A program made the translations under genes and the position numbers. From Chiloscyllium plagiosum (Eukaryota), in NCBI RefSeq assembly GCF_004010195.1, contig NC_057752.1:4896879-4960878 (forward strand): a DNA stretch of 64,000 bases, read 5' to 3'. Positions 17,346-32,979 of the stretch are shown here, in pieces; position 1 is the first letter of the stretch, and each line of letters opens with the position of its first letter. The notes beneath the pieces were generated by a model, which did not search any database, was not told the origin of the DNA, and saw only the letters and a program-made list of their open reading frames with translations.

Positions 17346-18269
17346 AATCCCTGTTGTCAACTGCCTCACTGTATTTTAATATTGTTAAATGAATTAAACA
17401 TGCTGCATTCCTTTTTCCATTGACACTCATTGGTAATATGGATAGTAAACACTGGAATTTTCAGTACTAAATAGGACTTCAGTGAAGCTGCCAACATTTT
17501 TACTTTAAATGTGTAAAAGTTCCCAAATTCTTCTGATCATGTTTTGAGGTTTTAAAAAGTGACTCAAATGCAGTCCTTGTATTCTAGAGAGGTAAAATTG
17601 TATTTGAATGCAGAATACTTGTATCTGTTGGGATTAAAATATCCCAATAGAATTATAAAACAAGATTGTTACAATTTATGTAAATATTGCCATATTCCCA
17701 ACACACCAGACTAGATTGCAGCCCTTGGAAAAGATGCTGAGGTTAGTGTTTGATTAAGATGTGTGATAATGCATACAACCAAAAGAAATACTTTGACCCT
17801 ATTTGTTTTTTTTTCCACACCCCCCCCCCCCCCCCCCTTCTGGCTAGGACTTCGTTCTTCACCACCTATTCCGTGTGAGCCCTAAACCTTTTTTAAAAAA
17901 CATAACCAGGAGCTACAAGTTTGTATCTTCCCTCTTATCTGTACTGCATTCCCTAGGAACATATGATTGGTTTTTTTGACTGTATAATTTTCTCAGTTGC
18001 ATATTTCAACAACCAAGACTTGCATTTATAGTATATCTTCAACATGGTAAAACTATGGCACTTCAGAGCAATTATCAAATTTTAACATCAAACCACCTAA
18101 GGGGATAAAAGGATAGGTGACCAAAACCTTGGTTAAAGAAGTAGATTTTTAACAATTTAGCCATAAACTTGAAGGAAAGGGAGAGAAATGATTAGGAACA
18201 GAATTCAAGAGCTTCAGCCAATAAGCTGGGAGGGAAAATTGTGATTTTTTTTTTAAAAAGGAGGGGGTC

Positions 18270-19150
18270 ATCTGGTGTGTTCTGTGGTGGAACTGGTCCT
18301 CCTGGGAGCTGATGTGGAGGAATTGGGAATAAAGGATAGCATTTTTATGGGAGGATGGGTAATCTAGGTAGCTGTGGGAGTCAGTGGGTTTGTAGAAAAT
18401 GTCAGTGCTGAGTCAGTCACTATTGATGGAGACAGAAGTCTGGGAAGAGGAGGGAGGTCGCTGAGATTCATTCCCCTCCCACATGGTTGATGCCCTCCAG
18501 TGCATCTCCTCCACTTCCTGCACCTCTGCCCCCAAACCCCACCCCTCCAACTGCAACAAGGACAGGTGGTCTCCTCTACACTGGGGAGACAGGATGCCTA
18601 CTCAGAGCGCTTCAGAGAACATCTCTGGGACATCCGCACTAACCAACCCCACCGCCCTGTGACTGAACACTTCAACTCCCCCTCCCACTCTGCTGAGGAC
18701 ATGCAGGTCCTTGGCCGCCTCTATCGCCACTCCCTAACCACCTGACGCCTGGAGAAAGAACACCTCATATTCTGCCTCTGGACCCAACAACCCCATGGCC
18801 TTAATGTGGATTTCACCAGTTTCCTCATACTCCCCCCTTTCTCTCTCTTTTTTTTCCCCCCTTATCCTAATTCCTACCTTTCCATCTTCCTTTCCACCTA
18901 TCAGCTCCACCCTCCCCTCTGACCTATCACCTTTACCCCCACATCCATCCATCTATTGTACTCTCAGCTACCTTCCCCAGCCCCACCCCTACATTTCTTC
19001 ACCCCGAGGCTCTTAGCCTCATTCCTGTTGAAGGGCTTTTGCCCGAAACATCGACTATCCTGCTCCTCAGATGCTATCTGACCTGCTGTGCTTTTCCAGC
19101 ACCACACTCTCGACTCTAATCTCCAACATCTGCAGTCCTCACTTTCGCCA
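18270..19150 (+). mobile_element. Penelope-like element remnant (GIY-YIG end plus tail) with inverted 5' segment at about 18270-18465
   Basis: ERFREHLWDIRTNQPHRPVTEHFNSPSH (GIY-YIG C-terminal part); hammerhead-like tail at 19025-19055. Confidence 0.75.
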
Positions 19151-21734
19151 ATAATCCAAATAGCCAGGCTAATACTTTGGGGTTGTGATCTCAAATACAC
19201 CATGCAGCTGGTGGAACTTAAAATCAGTGAATTAAAAAACAGCTGGAATGAAAAGGTAGTCTCAGCAATAGTAGCATGAAACTACCATTGGTTATCAAAG
19301 AAACCATTTGGTTCACTTTTGGGAAAGGAACATAAGAACTAGGAGCAGGAGTAGGCAATTCAGCCCCTCCAGGCTGCTCCACCATTTGATAAGATGATGG
19401 CTGATCTAATATTAGCTTCAAATCCACTTTCCTGCCTGCTCTCCAAAACCCTTCAACCCATTACTAGTTAAAAATCTTTCTCCTCTGTAAATTTACTTAA
19501 TTTCCCAGTTTCCATCATACTGAGGTAGTGAATACTACCTCACTACCTTTTGAGAAAAGTAATTTCTCCACATCGCTTTTCAAATCTGGTCCTCTTTATC
19601 CTAAGACTATGAGCTCTCACTCTAATTGCCCCACATGAGGAAACAGCCTTTCTATATCTTTATGGCATCTTATATGATTTGGCATACATTTGACTCCAGA
19701 CCAGAGCAGTGTGTTCGATTCTTAACTGCCTCTGAAATAGTCTAGTAATCCACTCAGTCTTAGAGCAATTAAGGATGGGCAACAAATGCTTAGCCAGTTT
19801 TCCTCAAATATGAAACAAGGCCTCCTACCAACACTATAATGGACAGATTTATCTTCAACAGGTAGGTTGGAGAGGTCAAATAGGTTTTTCCCTCTTGTTG
19901 GTTCTCTTATCACTTGTCACAAGCCCAATTTGGCAACTGCATCCTTCAGGACTTGGCCAGCTCAGTTAGTAGTGGTGCTACCAAACCAATCATGGTGATG
20001 GACATTGACATCCCCAACAATAAAAGGATTCTGGGTAATCCAAGATGGAGAATGGGAAAAATTTCTGGCTGTAATAGCTGTTCCTTTTTTGAGGTATTTG
20101 AGCTGTTGGAGGTGATTTCCTCGAATTCCAGGAGCAGCAATTACTGTTTTATATGCTGTTGCATTGTTTTGGAACTTTGGAGAAAAAAAAAGTCAAAACA
20201 ACAGCACTTTCAAAAGGGAGAGGATCAGACAAAGGAAGCACATGCTGAGGTCAGGAGAGAGAGAGAGAGAGAAAGAAACCCACATTGCTAACTGACACAG
20301 CAGTGAACCTGCACAGTTACTGCCTTTGCTGTTTGAATTCATGTATTACTGGACATCAGAGTGCATCTGGGAAAATTAACAAACAGTGAACTTCACAACT
20401 AATCTTGGAGGAGCCTGTCTGGGAGAATTCAGAGCACAGGAACAAGTAAGTGAATATTTTAAGCATGACCTTACAGTACATCTGCAGAGTGGGTTATTTC
20501 TTGATTATATGTTTTATTGAGATATGTCTCTTGATTAAACTTAAAATATAAGCCATAAGTATTCATTTAACCTGGAACAGTGTTTGTAGAAGAATAAGAC
20601 AATGCTATTTTCTGGGTCTATGGATTGAAAGAAGCAAAAATGGCCTTTATTAGAGTGATATGCTTTTCTTGTCAGATGTGGGAGTTTAGGGAGAGTTTAT
20701 GGGTTACTGAGGATTATATCTGCAATAAATGTCGGTTGCGAATCCTATCCGATCGAATGGATCGGTTGGAGAGACACTTAGAGGCAATGAGGAATTTACA
20801 AGAGCAAGGGGATTTGATGGATGGCAGTTATAGGAAGTGGGGGGGGGGGGGGGGGAAGTCTCAGATATAGTCACATAGATGGGTTAACTCCAGGAAAGGT
20901 AAGAGAGGCAAGCAGTTCGTGCAAAAGTCTTCTGTGGCTATCCTCATTTCAAACAAGTATGCTAGTTTAGAAAAACTAGGGAGCGATGGATTCTCAGGGG
21001 CATGTAGCACGAACAGCCAAGTTTCTGGTATTGAGACTGGCTCTAATGCAATGAGGGGTACGTCGGCTTCCAAGAGATCAACTGTGTTAGGGGACTCTCT
21101 AGTCCGAGGCACAGACAGACGTTTCTGTGACCAGCAGCGAAAAATCAGAATGATGTTGCTTCCTTGGTGCCAGGATCAAGGATGTCTCAGAGAGGTGTAA
21201 AATGTTCTCAAGGGGGAGAGTGCCCAGCAGGACGTCATTGTACACATTAGAACCAACAACCTAGGAAGGGAAAAGGTTGAGATTCTGAAGGGAGATTACA
21301 GAGGGCTAGGCAGGAATTTAAAAAGGAGGTCCTCAAGAGTAGTAATATCTGGATTTCTCCTGGTGCTACAAGTTAGTGAGGGCAGGAATAGGAAGATAGA
21401 GCAGATGAATGCATGGCTGAGGAGCTGGTGTATGGGAGAAGGATTCACATTTTTGGATCATTGGAAGCTCTTTTGGGGTAGAAGTGACCTGTACAAGAAG
21501 GACTGATTGCACCTAAATTGGAAGGGGGCTAACATACTGGCAGGGAGATTTGCTAGAGCTGCTTGGGAGGATTTAAACTAATAAGGTGGGTGGGTGGGAC
21601 CCAGGGAGATAGTGAGGAAAGAGATCAATCTGAGACTGGTACACTTGAGAACTGAAGCAAGTCAAACAGTCAGGGCAGGCAGGGACAAAGCAGAGAACAA
21701 GGTAGCACTGATAAATTAAACTGCATTTATTTCA

Positions 21735-22330
21735 NNNNNNNNNNNNNNNNNNNNNNNNNNNNNNNNNNNNNNNNNNNNNNNNNNNNNNNNNNNNNNNNNN
21801 NNNNNNNNNNNNNNNNNNNNNNNNNNNNNNNNNNNNNNNNNNNNNNNNNNNNNNNNNNNNNNNNNNNNNNNNNNNNNNNNNNNNNNNNNNNNNNNNNNNN
21901 NNNNNNNNNNNNNNNNNNNNNNNNNNNNNNNNNNNNNNNNNNNNNNNNNNNNNNNNNNNNNNNNNNNNNNNNNNNNNNNNNNNNNNNNNNNNNNNNNNNN
22001 NNNNNNNNNNNNNNNNNNNNNNNNNNNNNNNNNNNNNNNNNNNNNNNNNNNNNNNNNNNNNNNNNNNNNNNNNNNNNNNNNNNNNNNNNNNNNNNNNNNN
22101 NNNNNNNNNNNNNNNNNNNNNNNNNNNNNNNNNNNNNNNNNNNNNNNNNNNNNNNNNNNNNNNNNNNNNNNNNNNNNNNNNNNNNNNNNNNNNNNNNNNN
22201 NNNNNNNNNNNNNNNNNNNNNNNNNNNNNNNNNNNNNNNNNNNNNNNNNNNNNNNNNNNNNNNNNNNNNNNNNNNNNNNNNNNNNNNNNNNNNNNNNNNN
22301 NNNNNNNNNNNNNNNNNNNNNNNNNNNNNN
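21735..22330. other. Assembly gap (596 N)
   Basis: Run of N inside the CR1 element. Confidence 1.
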
Positions 22331-24607
22331 AGAAGGTGCAAACCTTGACCTACTCTTGGGAAATAAGGCAGGGCAGGTGACTGAGGTGTTAGTGCGGATG
22401 CACTTTGGGGCCAGCGACCATAATTCTATTCGTTTTAAAATAGTGATGGAAAAGGATAGACCAGATCTAAAAGTTGAAGTTCTAAATTGGAGAAAGGCCA
22501 ATTTTGACGGTATTAGGCAAGAACTTTCAAAAGCTGATTGGAGGCAGATGTTCGCAGGTAAAGGGACGGCTGGAAAATGGGAAGTCTTCAAAAATGAGAT
22601 AATGAGAGTCCAGAGAAAGTATATTCCTGTCAGGGTGAAAGGCAAGGGTGGTAGGTGTAGGGAATGCTGGATGACGAAAGAAATTGAGGGTTTGGTTAAG
22701 AAAAAGAAGGAAGCATATGTCAGGTATAGACAAGATAGATCGAGTGAATCCTTAGAAGAGTATAAAGGCAGTAGGAGTATACTTAAGAGAGAAATCAGGA
22801 GGGTAAAAAGGGGACATGAGAGAACTTTGGCAATTAGAGTTAAGGAGAATCCAATGGGTTTTTACAAATATATTAAGGACAAAAGGGTAACTAGGGAGAC
22901 TACAGGACCCCTCAAAGATCAGCAAGCCGCAGAAAATGGGGGAGATACTAAATGAGTATTTTGCATCAGTAGTTATTGTGGAAAAGGGCATAGAAGCTAT
23001 AGAATGTAGGGAAATAGATGGTGACATCTTGCAAAATGTCCATATTACAGAGGAGGAAGTGTTGGATGTTTTGAAACGCATGAAAGTGGATAAATCCCCA
23101 GAACATGATCAGGTGTATCCTAGAACTCTGTGGGAAGCTAGGGAAGTGATTGCTGGGCCTCTTGCTGAGATATTTATATCATCGATAGTCACAGGTGAGG
23201 TGCCGAAGACTGGAAGTTGGCTAACGTGGTGCTACTGTTTAAGAAAGGTGGTAAGGACAAGCCAAGGAGCTATAGACCAGTGAGTTTGACGTCAGTGGTA
23301 GGCAAGTTGTTGGAGGGAATCCTGAGGGACAGGATGTACATGTATTTGGAAAGGCAAGGACTGATTATTGATAGTCAACATGGTTTTGTACATGGGAAAT
23401 CATGTCTCATGAACTTGATTGAGTATTTTGACGAAGTAACAAAGAGGATTGATTAGGGCAGAGTAGTAGATGTGATCTATATGGACTTCAGTAAGGTGTG
23501 CGACAAGGTTCCCCATGGGAGACTGGTTAGCAAGGTTGGATCTCATGGAATACAGGGAGAACTAGCCATTTGGATACAGAACTGGCTCAAAGGTAGAAGA
23601 CAGAGGGTGGTGGTGAAGGGTTGTTTTTCAGACTGGAGGCCTGTGGCCAGTGGAGTGCCACAAGGATTGGCGCTGGGTCCACTACTTTTCATCATTTATA
23701 TAAATGATTTGGATGCACGCAAAAGAGGTACAGTTAGTAAGTTTGCAGATGACACCAAAATTGGAGGTGTAGTGGACAATGAAGAGGGTTACCTCAGATT
23801 ACAATGGGATCTTGATCAGATGGGCTAATGGGCTGAGAAGTGGCAGATGGAGTTTAATTCAGATAAATACGAGGTGCTGCATTTTGGGAAAGCAAATCTT
23901 AGCAGGACTTTTACACTTAATGGTAAGGTCCTAGGGACTGTTGCTGAACAAAGAGACATTGGAGTGCATGTTAATAGCTCCTTGAAAGTGGAGTCGCAGG
24001 TAGATAGGATAGTGAAGAAGCTGCTTGGTATGCTTTCCTTTATTGGTCAGAGTATTGAGTACAGGGGTTGGGAGGTCATGTTGCGGCTGTACAGGACATT
24101 GGTTAGGCCACTGTTGGAATATTGCGTGCAATTCTGGTCTCCTTCCTATCGGAAGAATGTTGTGAAACTTGAAAAGGTTGAAAAAAGATTTACAAGGATG
24201 TTGCCAGGGTTGGAGGATTTGAGCTACAGGGAGAGGTTGAGTAGGTTAGGGCTGTTTTCCCTGGAGCATCAGAGGCTGAGGGTTAAACATAAACTTTATA
24301 GAGGTTTATAAAATCATGTGGAGCATGGATAGGATAAATAGACAAAGTATTTTCCCTGGGTTGGGGGGAGTCCAGAACTAGAGGCCGTAGGTTTAGGGTG
24401 AGAGGGGAAAGATATAAAAGAAACCTAAGGGGCAACCTTTTCACACAGAGGGTAGTACGTGTTTGGAATGAGCTGCCAGAGGAAGTGGTGGAGCCTAGTA
24501 CAATTGCAATATTTAAAAGGCATTCGAATGGGTATATGAATAGGAAGGGTTTGGAGGGATATGGGCCGGGTGCTGGCAGGTGGGACGAGATTGGGTTGGG
24601 ATATCTG

Positions 24608-24700
24608 TTGGTAAAAACAATGACTGCAGATGCTGGAAACCAGATTCTGGATTAGTGGTGCTGGAAGAGCACAGCAGTTCAGGCAGCATCCGAGGAGCAG
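24608..24700 (-). mobile_element. Penelope-like tail fragment nested in the CR1 3'UTR
   Basis: Reverse complement matches the tail at 34930-34995; it interrupts CR1 sequence at ggatatctg|...|tctggttggcatgg. Confidence 0.7.
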
Positions 24701-25426
24701 TCTGGTTGGCATGGACAAGGTGGACCAAAGGGTCTGTTTCCGTGCTGTACATCTCTGACTCTATGACACTAAGAGCACATTCCATGCTTTTGTCATCCTC
24801 AGTGTGTTCTCCAGGTCGTCTTCAACACTAAGTAAAGATTGATCTGGTGAATGTGGGTGGTAAGTGGTAATTAGCATACATCCTTGCACATACTTAACCT
24901 GGTGCCATGAGATTTCATAGAGCTTGGAGTCAACTTGAGGTCTCAAATCCGCTCCCTCCTAGTTATATACCACTGTGCCACTACTTAGGGTGAATGAGTC
25001 CCACAGGTGGGATCGAACCTGTGCAGGATGGTGATGGAGACGTGACCCGAAAGGGATAATTTTGTGAGCATAACTATGCAAGGCTATTGCTTAACTATTC
25101 CATTGGACAGCTCTCTTAATTTTGACACAAGCGCCAATAGATTAATTAGGTACCTTGGCCCATGCCAGGTGGTCTGTTCAATTTTATGCTTATTACAGTT
25201 TTGTTTGCAGCTATTTTGGTAACCAAGTGGCTTGCTAATCTATTTGAGAGGGGACTGAAGTATGAACTTTCATTTATACCAAATGGCTCTATCAAAATAA
25301 CCCAATATGCTGAGAGCTTTATTTACACCTTTTTGTACATTGATCAAGCTCATCAATGCAAATAACACTGAGTCTTCAGTAACACTCCCTGTAAGTGATA
25401 TATCTATTTTGCATGCCTGACTAGTG

Positions 25427-25728
25427 GGCAGCACGGTGGCACAGTGGTTAGTACTGCTGCCTCACAGCGCCGGGTTCAATTCCCGCATCAGGCAACTGTC
25501 TGTGTGGAGTTTGCACATTCTCCCCGTGTCTGCGTGAGTTTCCTCCGGGTGCTCCAGTTTCCTCCAAAAATGTGCAGGTTAGGTGAATTGGCCATGCTAA
25601 ATTGCCCGTAGTGTTAGGTGAAGGGGTAAATGTAGGGGAATGGGTCTGGGTGGGTTGCTCTTCGGAGGGTCGGTGTGGACTTGTTGGGCCGAAGGGCCTG
25701 TTTCCACACTGTAAGTAATCTAATCTAA
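25427..25728 (+). mobile_element. HE1-like SINE
   Basis: ggcagcacggtggcacagtggttag head and taatctaatctaa tail. Confidence 0.85.
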
Positions 25729-25784
25729 TATGTATGAACTTACATTTATCTATGTTCAAGCAATTTACATTGTATGACCCAGCA

Positions 25785-26125
25785 CAGGGGTTATCCAGCT
25801 GTCGTCTGCTGAGATATTCCTGGGGATCTGCAAAATGATGTGAAAGGGCTTACCAAGCAAGATAGGTGATGTGGCCAACTACCCTGGGCACTGTGATTAA
25901 GTGAAAAAGAATGAGTGAGGGCTGGAGGAGAGGAGGTGGAAGTAGAATGCAATAAACATTGTTCTAAGGATAGCATACTCTTGTATACTTAAAAGTATTA
26001 TGAAAACAATTCTTATATGCAATACTATCACATTATGAATATTGTACAGTGTTCTAATTTGGATTGTGGAGGGATCGATAATTATTAACCTATTTCCTTT
26101 AAGAAATAAAGTTTGAGAACCACTG
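25785..26125. mobile_element. Possible old hAT/Charlie-type MITE
   Basis: CAGGGGTTATCCAGCT ... AGTTTGAGAACCACTG imperfect TIRs; flanking 8-mers acccagca and cccaagca match at 6/8. Confidence 0.35.
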
Positions 26126-27345
26126 CCCAAGCATACCTATATTTCTTTATAGACTACATCCCTCAACTGTCTTAACCAGTGCACAGATTCATGTATAATC
26201 TGCAAATTTACCAACCACACTACCAACATCACTGTCCGGAACATTCGTAAGTACAATAAAGATAGGGAACTGATGATCAGTTCCTGAAGAACATCATAAG
26301 TAATGTGGGTTTAGGTTGAGGTACATCCATGCTACATTTTTGCTGTGGAAGTGGAGCCAATTCCTAATCCAGTGTTTGAAATTCCTGCTGGTACAATCCT
26401 GCTAAATAACCTAGTATGAGGTACCTAACCAAAGATTTTGGAATACTTACTAGAATTCCTCCACCCACTATGCTAGTAACTCCTTCAAATACTGGAATTT
26501 TTTTCTCATCTATGTTATTTTATTGATCTTCGGGCACCTGAGTGACGTACTGAATTTGCTGGACTGCGGCTTTGATCCACAATCTCTAATACAGAAGTGA
26601 AAATGTTATTACTGACAGAGAAAGGTGATACTTGATTTTTTTTGCCACTTTATCCACAAAAGATTATTTTTTCGTTAAAAAAATGGACATCGGCTTTGCG
26701 TTCCATTCCCCCTTTAATGATATCCATCCTTAAATCACACATTTAAACAAGTACACAATATCCTCAATGACAGATATATACCTAATTTAAACGTTTTCTA
26801 CACAAAGGTCACATCAGACAGTAATTTTAGCACAATATCGTGTGTAGCCCCTGACTTTTCAACATTCCAAAGTCAAGGGTACATGATGGAATTGTGATAT
26901 AAATTCTGCAGCAACTGCGGAGTCGGTCAAATTGCTTTCCTCATAGTCCGCATTCTGCAATCTCGGATCATCCCCGCCCCTACTGCAGATGTCTACATAA
27001 CACACATTTCATTACTGCAATACTCATAATCTATTGAAGCTTTCAGTGGCCCTTGTGTTTTCTTGTTTAGTCATCCTTGTACAAATATTAAAAGATGCTA
27101 AACAGGGGGAACTCATTTTATTTTAAAGTCACCCTTTTCCAAGATTTGATATGTGAAAGATGAAGGGCGTGGTTTGAAGACTAGGGCTGCATAGCAAAGA
27201 TATTCCAATTTCAAATCTCACCACTTGCTCAAGCGAAAGGTACTCGCCCCTTTTCTCGTACATTCTGCGGTGATTTATTTTGCGCAGTCCCTGAAACAGA
27301 ACTTGTAACGTTAAAGCTGACGTGTTTTAAAATGCCAACATTTGC

Positions 27346-27447
27346 CCAATCCACTCTAATTGACATCTTCTCCCGCCACCTCCTTTCTTCCTCTGAACCA
27401 ATGGCGATGAAAGATTGGACTAAGGACGGCCTCCATTCATATAAAAA
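27346..27447 (+). promoter_or_regulatory. Core promoter of alpha-tubulin gene 2
   Basis: CCAAT at 27346 and 27398, inverted CCAAT (ATTGG) at 27414, GC-box-like CCCGCC near 27372, TATAAAAA at 27440-27447. Confidence 0.75.
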
Positions 27448-27563
27448 GGCGCCATCCGCTAATATTTCCCACTCGGTTACTTACACCGACTCGTTATTGT
27501 CGAGCGAAGTAACAGTCCCATTCTTTGTAAGTTCATCCATATCATTTTCTGACTTGAATAAAA

Positions 27564-30552
<2,989 letters not shown>

Positions 30553-30754
30553 CATGATTTTGACATCACAATATGGTGCTGCTGTAACAGGGAGCTAAGA
30601 TTAAAATGCAAAACATTGAGTTTTAAACAATTGTTTATTGAAGATTGACCAAATTGAATTGGATCTCCCTTTTCCTATTGGGCATTGCATCGTGGTTATG
30701 TCAATGTGTTTGCATTCCATAATTTTAAGCAAATGTTCTGCTGTGCTTTGTCTG

Positions 30755-30878
30755 GGAGAAAGTGAGGACTGCAGATGCTGGAGATCAGTTGTGTGGTGCT
30801 GGAAAAGTACAGCTGGTCAGACAGCATCTGAGCAGGAGAATCAATGTTTTAGGCATAAGCCCTTCATCTGGAATGAGG
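30755..30878 (-). mobile_element. Penelope-like tail fragment inside the probable 3'UTR of gene 2
   Basis: Reverse complement of the tail family; lies between the stop (30552) and AATAAA (31115). Confidence 0.7.
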
Positions 30879-31114
30879 GGCACAGTCTGCCCAATGTTGA
30901 GCCTCTGCTATACTATACTTGTAGTAACTCTTGGAAGTAATATCATGGCTTCAGTTCAGTGAACAGCTAATGTTTAAGTTGCAATGTGTGCTAAATGTAA
31001 TGAGACATAACACTTGTAATATCTGTAGCAATATACATCTGAATTGAGATTGCTATGCAGCACAAAGTAAATTTGTCACAGATGTAACTCTTGTTCTGTC
31101 TTTATGGCATTATC

Positions 31115-31120
31115 AATAAA
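31115..31120 (+). terminator. Probable poly(A) signal of gene 2
   Basis: AATAAA in the same conserved context (tatcAATAAA..atccctgt) as in gene 1. Confidence 0.6.
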
Positions 31121-31539
31121 TGATCCCTGTCATGTCTTGTCTTGATGCATTGGTCCTGGGCACTTGAAATTACCTAATTACTGAATGGCTGAAATATATA
31201 TATTTTATTTTTAACCTTAACCTTGCCAACAGTTGAGTTGGACAGGAGGTTAAGTCTCAATATTGGTGTTCAGCATGCTGGGAACAAAATAATTAGTGAT
31301 AAATTCATTTTTTTTCTAGTGGATGCTGTAATACCTGACACTCCAGGACTGGGCTATTTGAAATACCTCATTATTTAGGCAATGGATCAAGTTGGCCTAA
31401 TTATCACCAGGGAGACAGGGCCAAAGAGGGATGAATGAGGAAACAGTTTTGATTTCCACTCTATAGGATGGAAAAAGTTACCTTACAGATTATACAATAG
31501 TTTTATCAAAGTGCTTCCTGGGGTGATGTACTATGCAAC

Positions 31540-32215
31540 AAGGAGAGAGTGAAGATTGGCGGTCATTAAAAATGTGTGGTAGTGGAAAAGCACAGCTGGT
31601 CAGGCAGCATCTTAGGAGCCGGAGCGTTGACATTAGGAACAAGTTCCTCATCAGCAATGTGGGGGGGGGGGGGCGTGCTGAGAGATAAATGGGAGAGAAG
31701 AAGGGTGGGGATGTGATGTGTTTTTTTTCTGTGCACCTCCACATACATCTGTGGTCTCCTACATTGGAGAGATAGGATGCCAACTTGTGGAACGTCCCAG
31801 AGAGCATCTTTGGACGTGCACTACACAGCCCCACCACTCCATGGCTGAGCATTTCAACGTTCCCCCTTCACAGACATGCAAGTCCTAGGTTGCCTCTAAT
31901 GCCAAGTTCTAATCACCTGATGTCTGGTGGAAGAATGTCTTGTTTTCTGCCTTTGGACCCTCCAACCACATGGATCAATGCCAATTTCACCAGTTTCTTC
32001 ATCTCTCCTCCCCTGACCTTATCTCAGATTCAACCTTCCAAATCAGCACTGCCCTCTTGAACTGTCCATCACACCCACCTTCATCTACCTATTGTGTTCC
32101 AAGATACCTTCACCCCACCCCAATTCCTAACGAAGAGCCGATGCTCAAAACATCAATTCTCCTTGGATGCAGCCTGATTGGTTGTGCTTTTCCAGCACCA
32201 CACTTTCTGACCCCT
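31540..32215. mobile_element. Head-to-head Penelope-like remnants (minus about 31540-31720, plus about 31720-32215)
   Basis: Tail sequence at both ends in opposite orientations; GIY-YIG remnant in the plus arm. Confidence 0.65.
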
Positions 32216-32979
32216 ATTCAAAAAGGTTAAGTGGACCTGGCTCCTGATTCTATGAAGAGTAAGGTGGTTAAAATTGCAATATGGAAAAATCTTAAGGAGC
32301 CTGACTTGCTAGATATTAAGGAAACTTAAATTTTCAACATGAGGGTCACAGTCCTTGAATTAAGAGGCTGGCCATTTCTGTCAAATGTTTTAAGAATCTC
32401 TGGAATTGTATACCCCTTTTTTTTTGGAAAAAGACAACATGGAGTTAAAGTAGGAAGATTGGTATAACTTGGAATACCATCACAAACCATCCTTAGCAAA
32501 AAGTATTTTCAGGAAGGAACTTTTACTAATGGTTACCTTAACTTCAGGTTGTAAAAATGCTCCCATTGATCCAATCACCTTTAATTTTAAATACCTTGAA
32601 TAGCTATTCTATGGCAAGTGCTGAACTTTAGACAGCAAAGAGAAGTTCCTTGAGACGAACCTTGGGTTTTTAATTTAAAACAAAAACAGGATGTGAGTAT
32701 AGCATTTGTTGCCCTTGAACTAAGTGGCTTGCTCCATCATTTCAGAGAACAATTGAATCAGGGTAGTTCATTGGTCTGGAGACAAATGTATCCTTCCCCA
32801 AAGGACAATAGTTAATTGGCTGGGCATTTTCAACAATCAATAGTAATTCCATGGTCACTATTACTAAATTTCAATTCCAGATTTTAATCAATAAAACACC
32901 AATCTTTTAGCTTCTGTAGTGCGATTGGAATAAACTTCTTCCCCCGGAGCATCAGCCTGGTTGTCTAGACTACTAGGCA

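Larger units (their letters stand above)
20030..24770 (+). mobile_element. Near full-length CR1 LINE (ORF1 zinc finger plus SGNH esterase, ORF2 EN/RT), disrupted, with an internal gap
   Basis: ORF1 CFSCQMWE...YICNKC and VLGDSLVRG; ORF2 HFGASDHN, YRPVSLTSVVGKLLE, YMDFSK.DKVPH, GVPQG, FADDTK; tail ctgactctatgacact. Confidence 0.92.

Noticed and set aside
21716-22645. Long ORFs of 309 and 204 aa
   Set aside because: Artefacts of the N gap.
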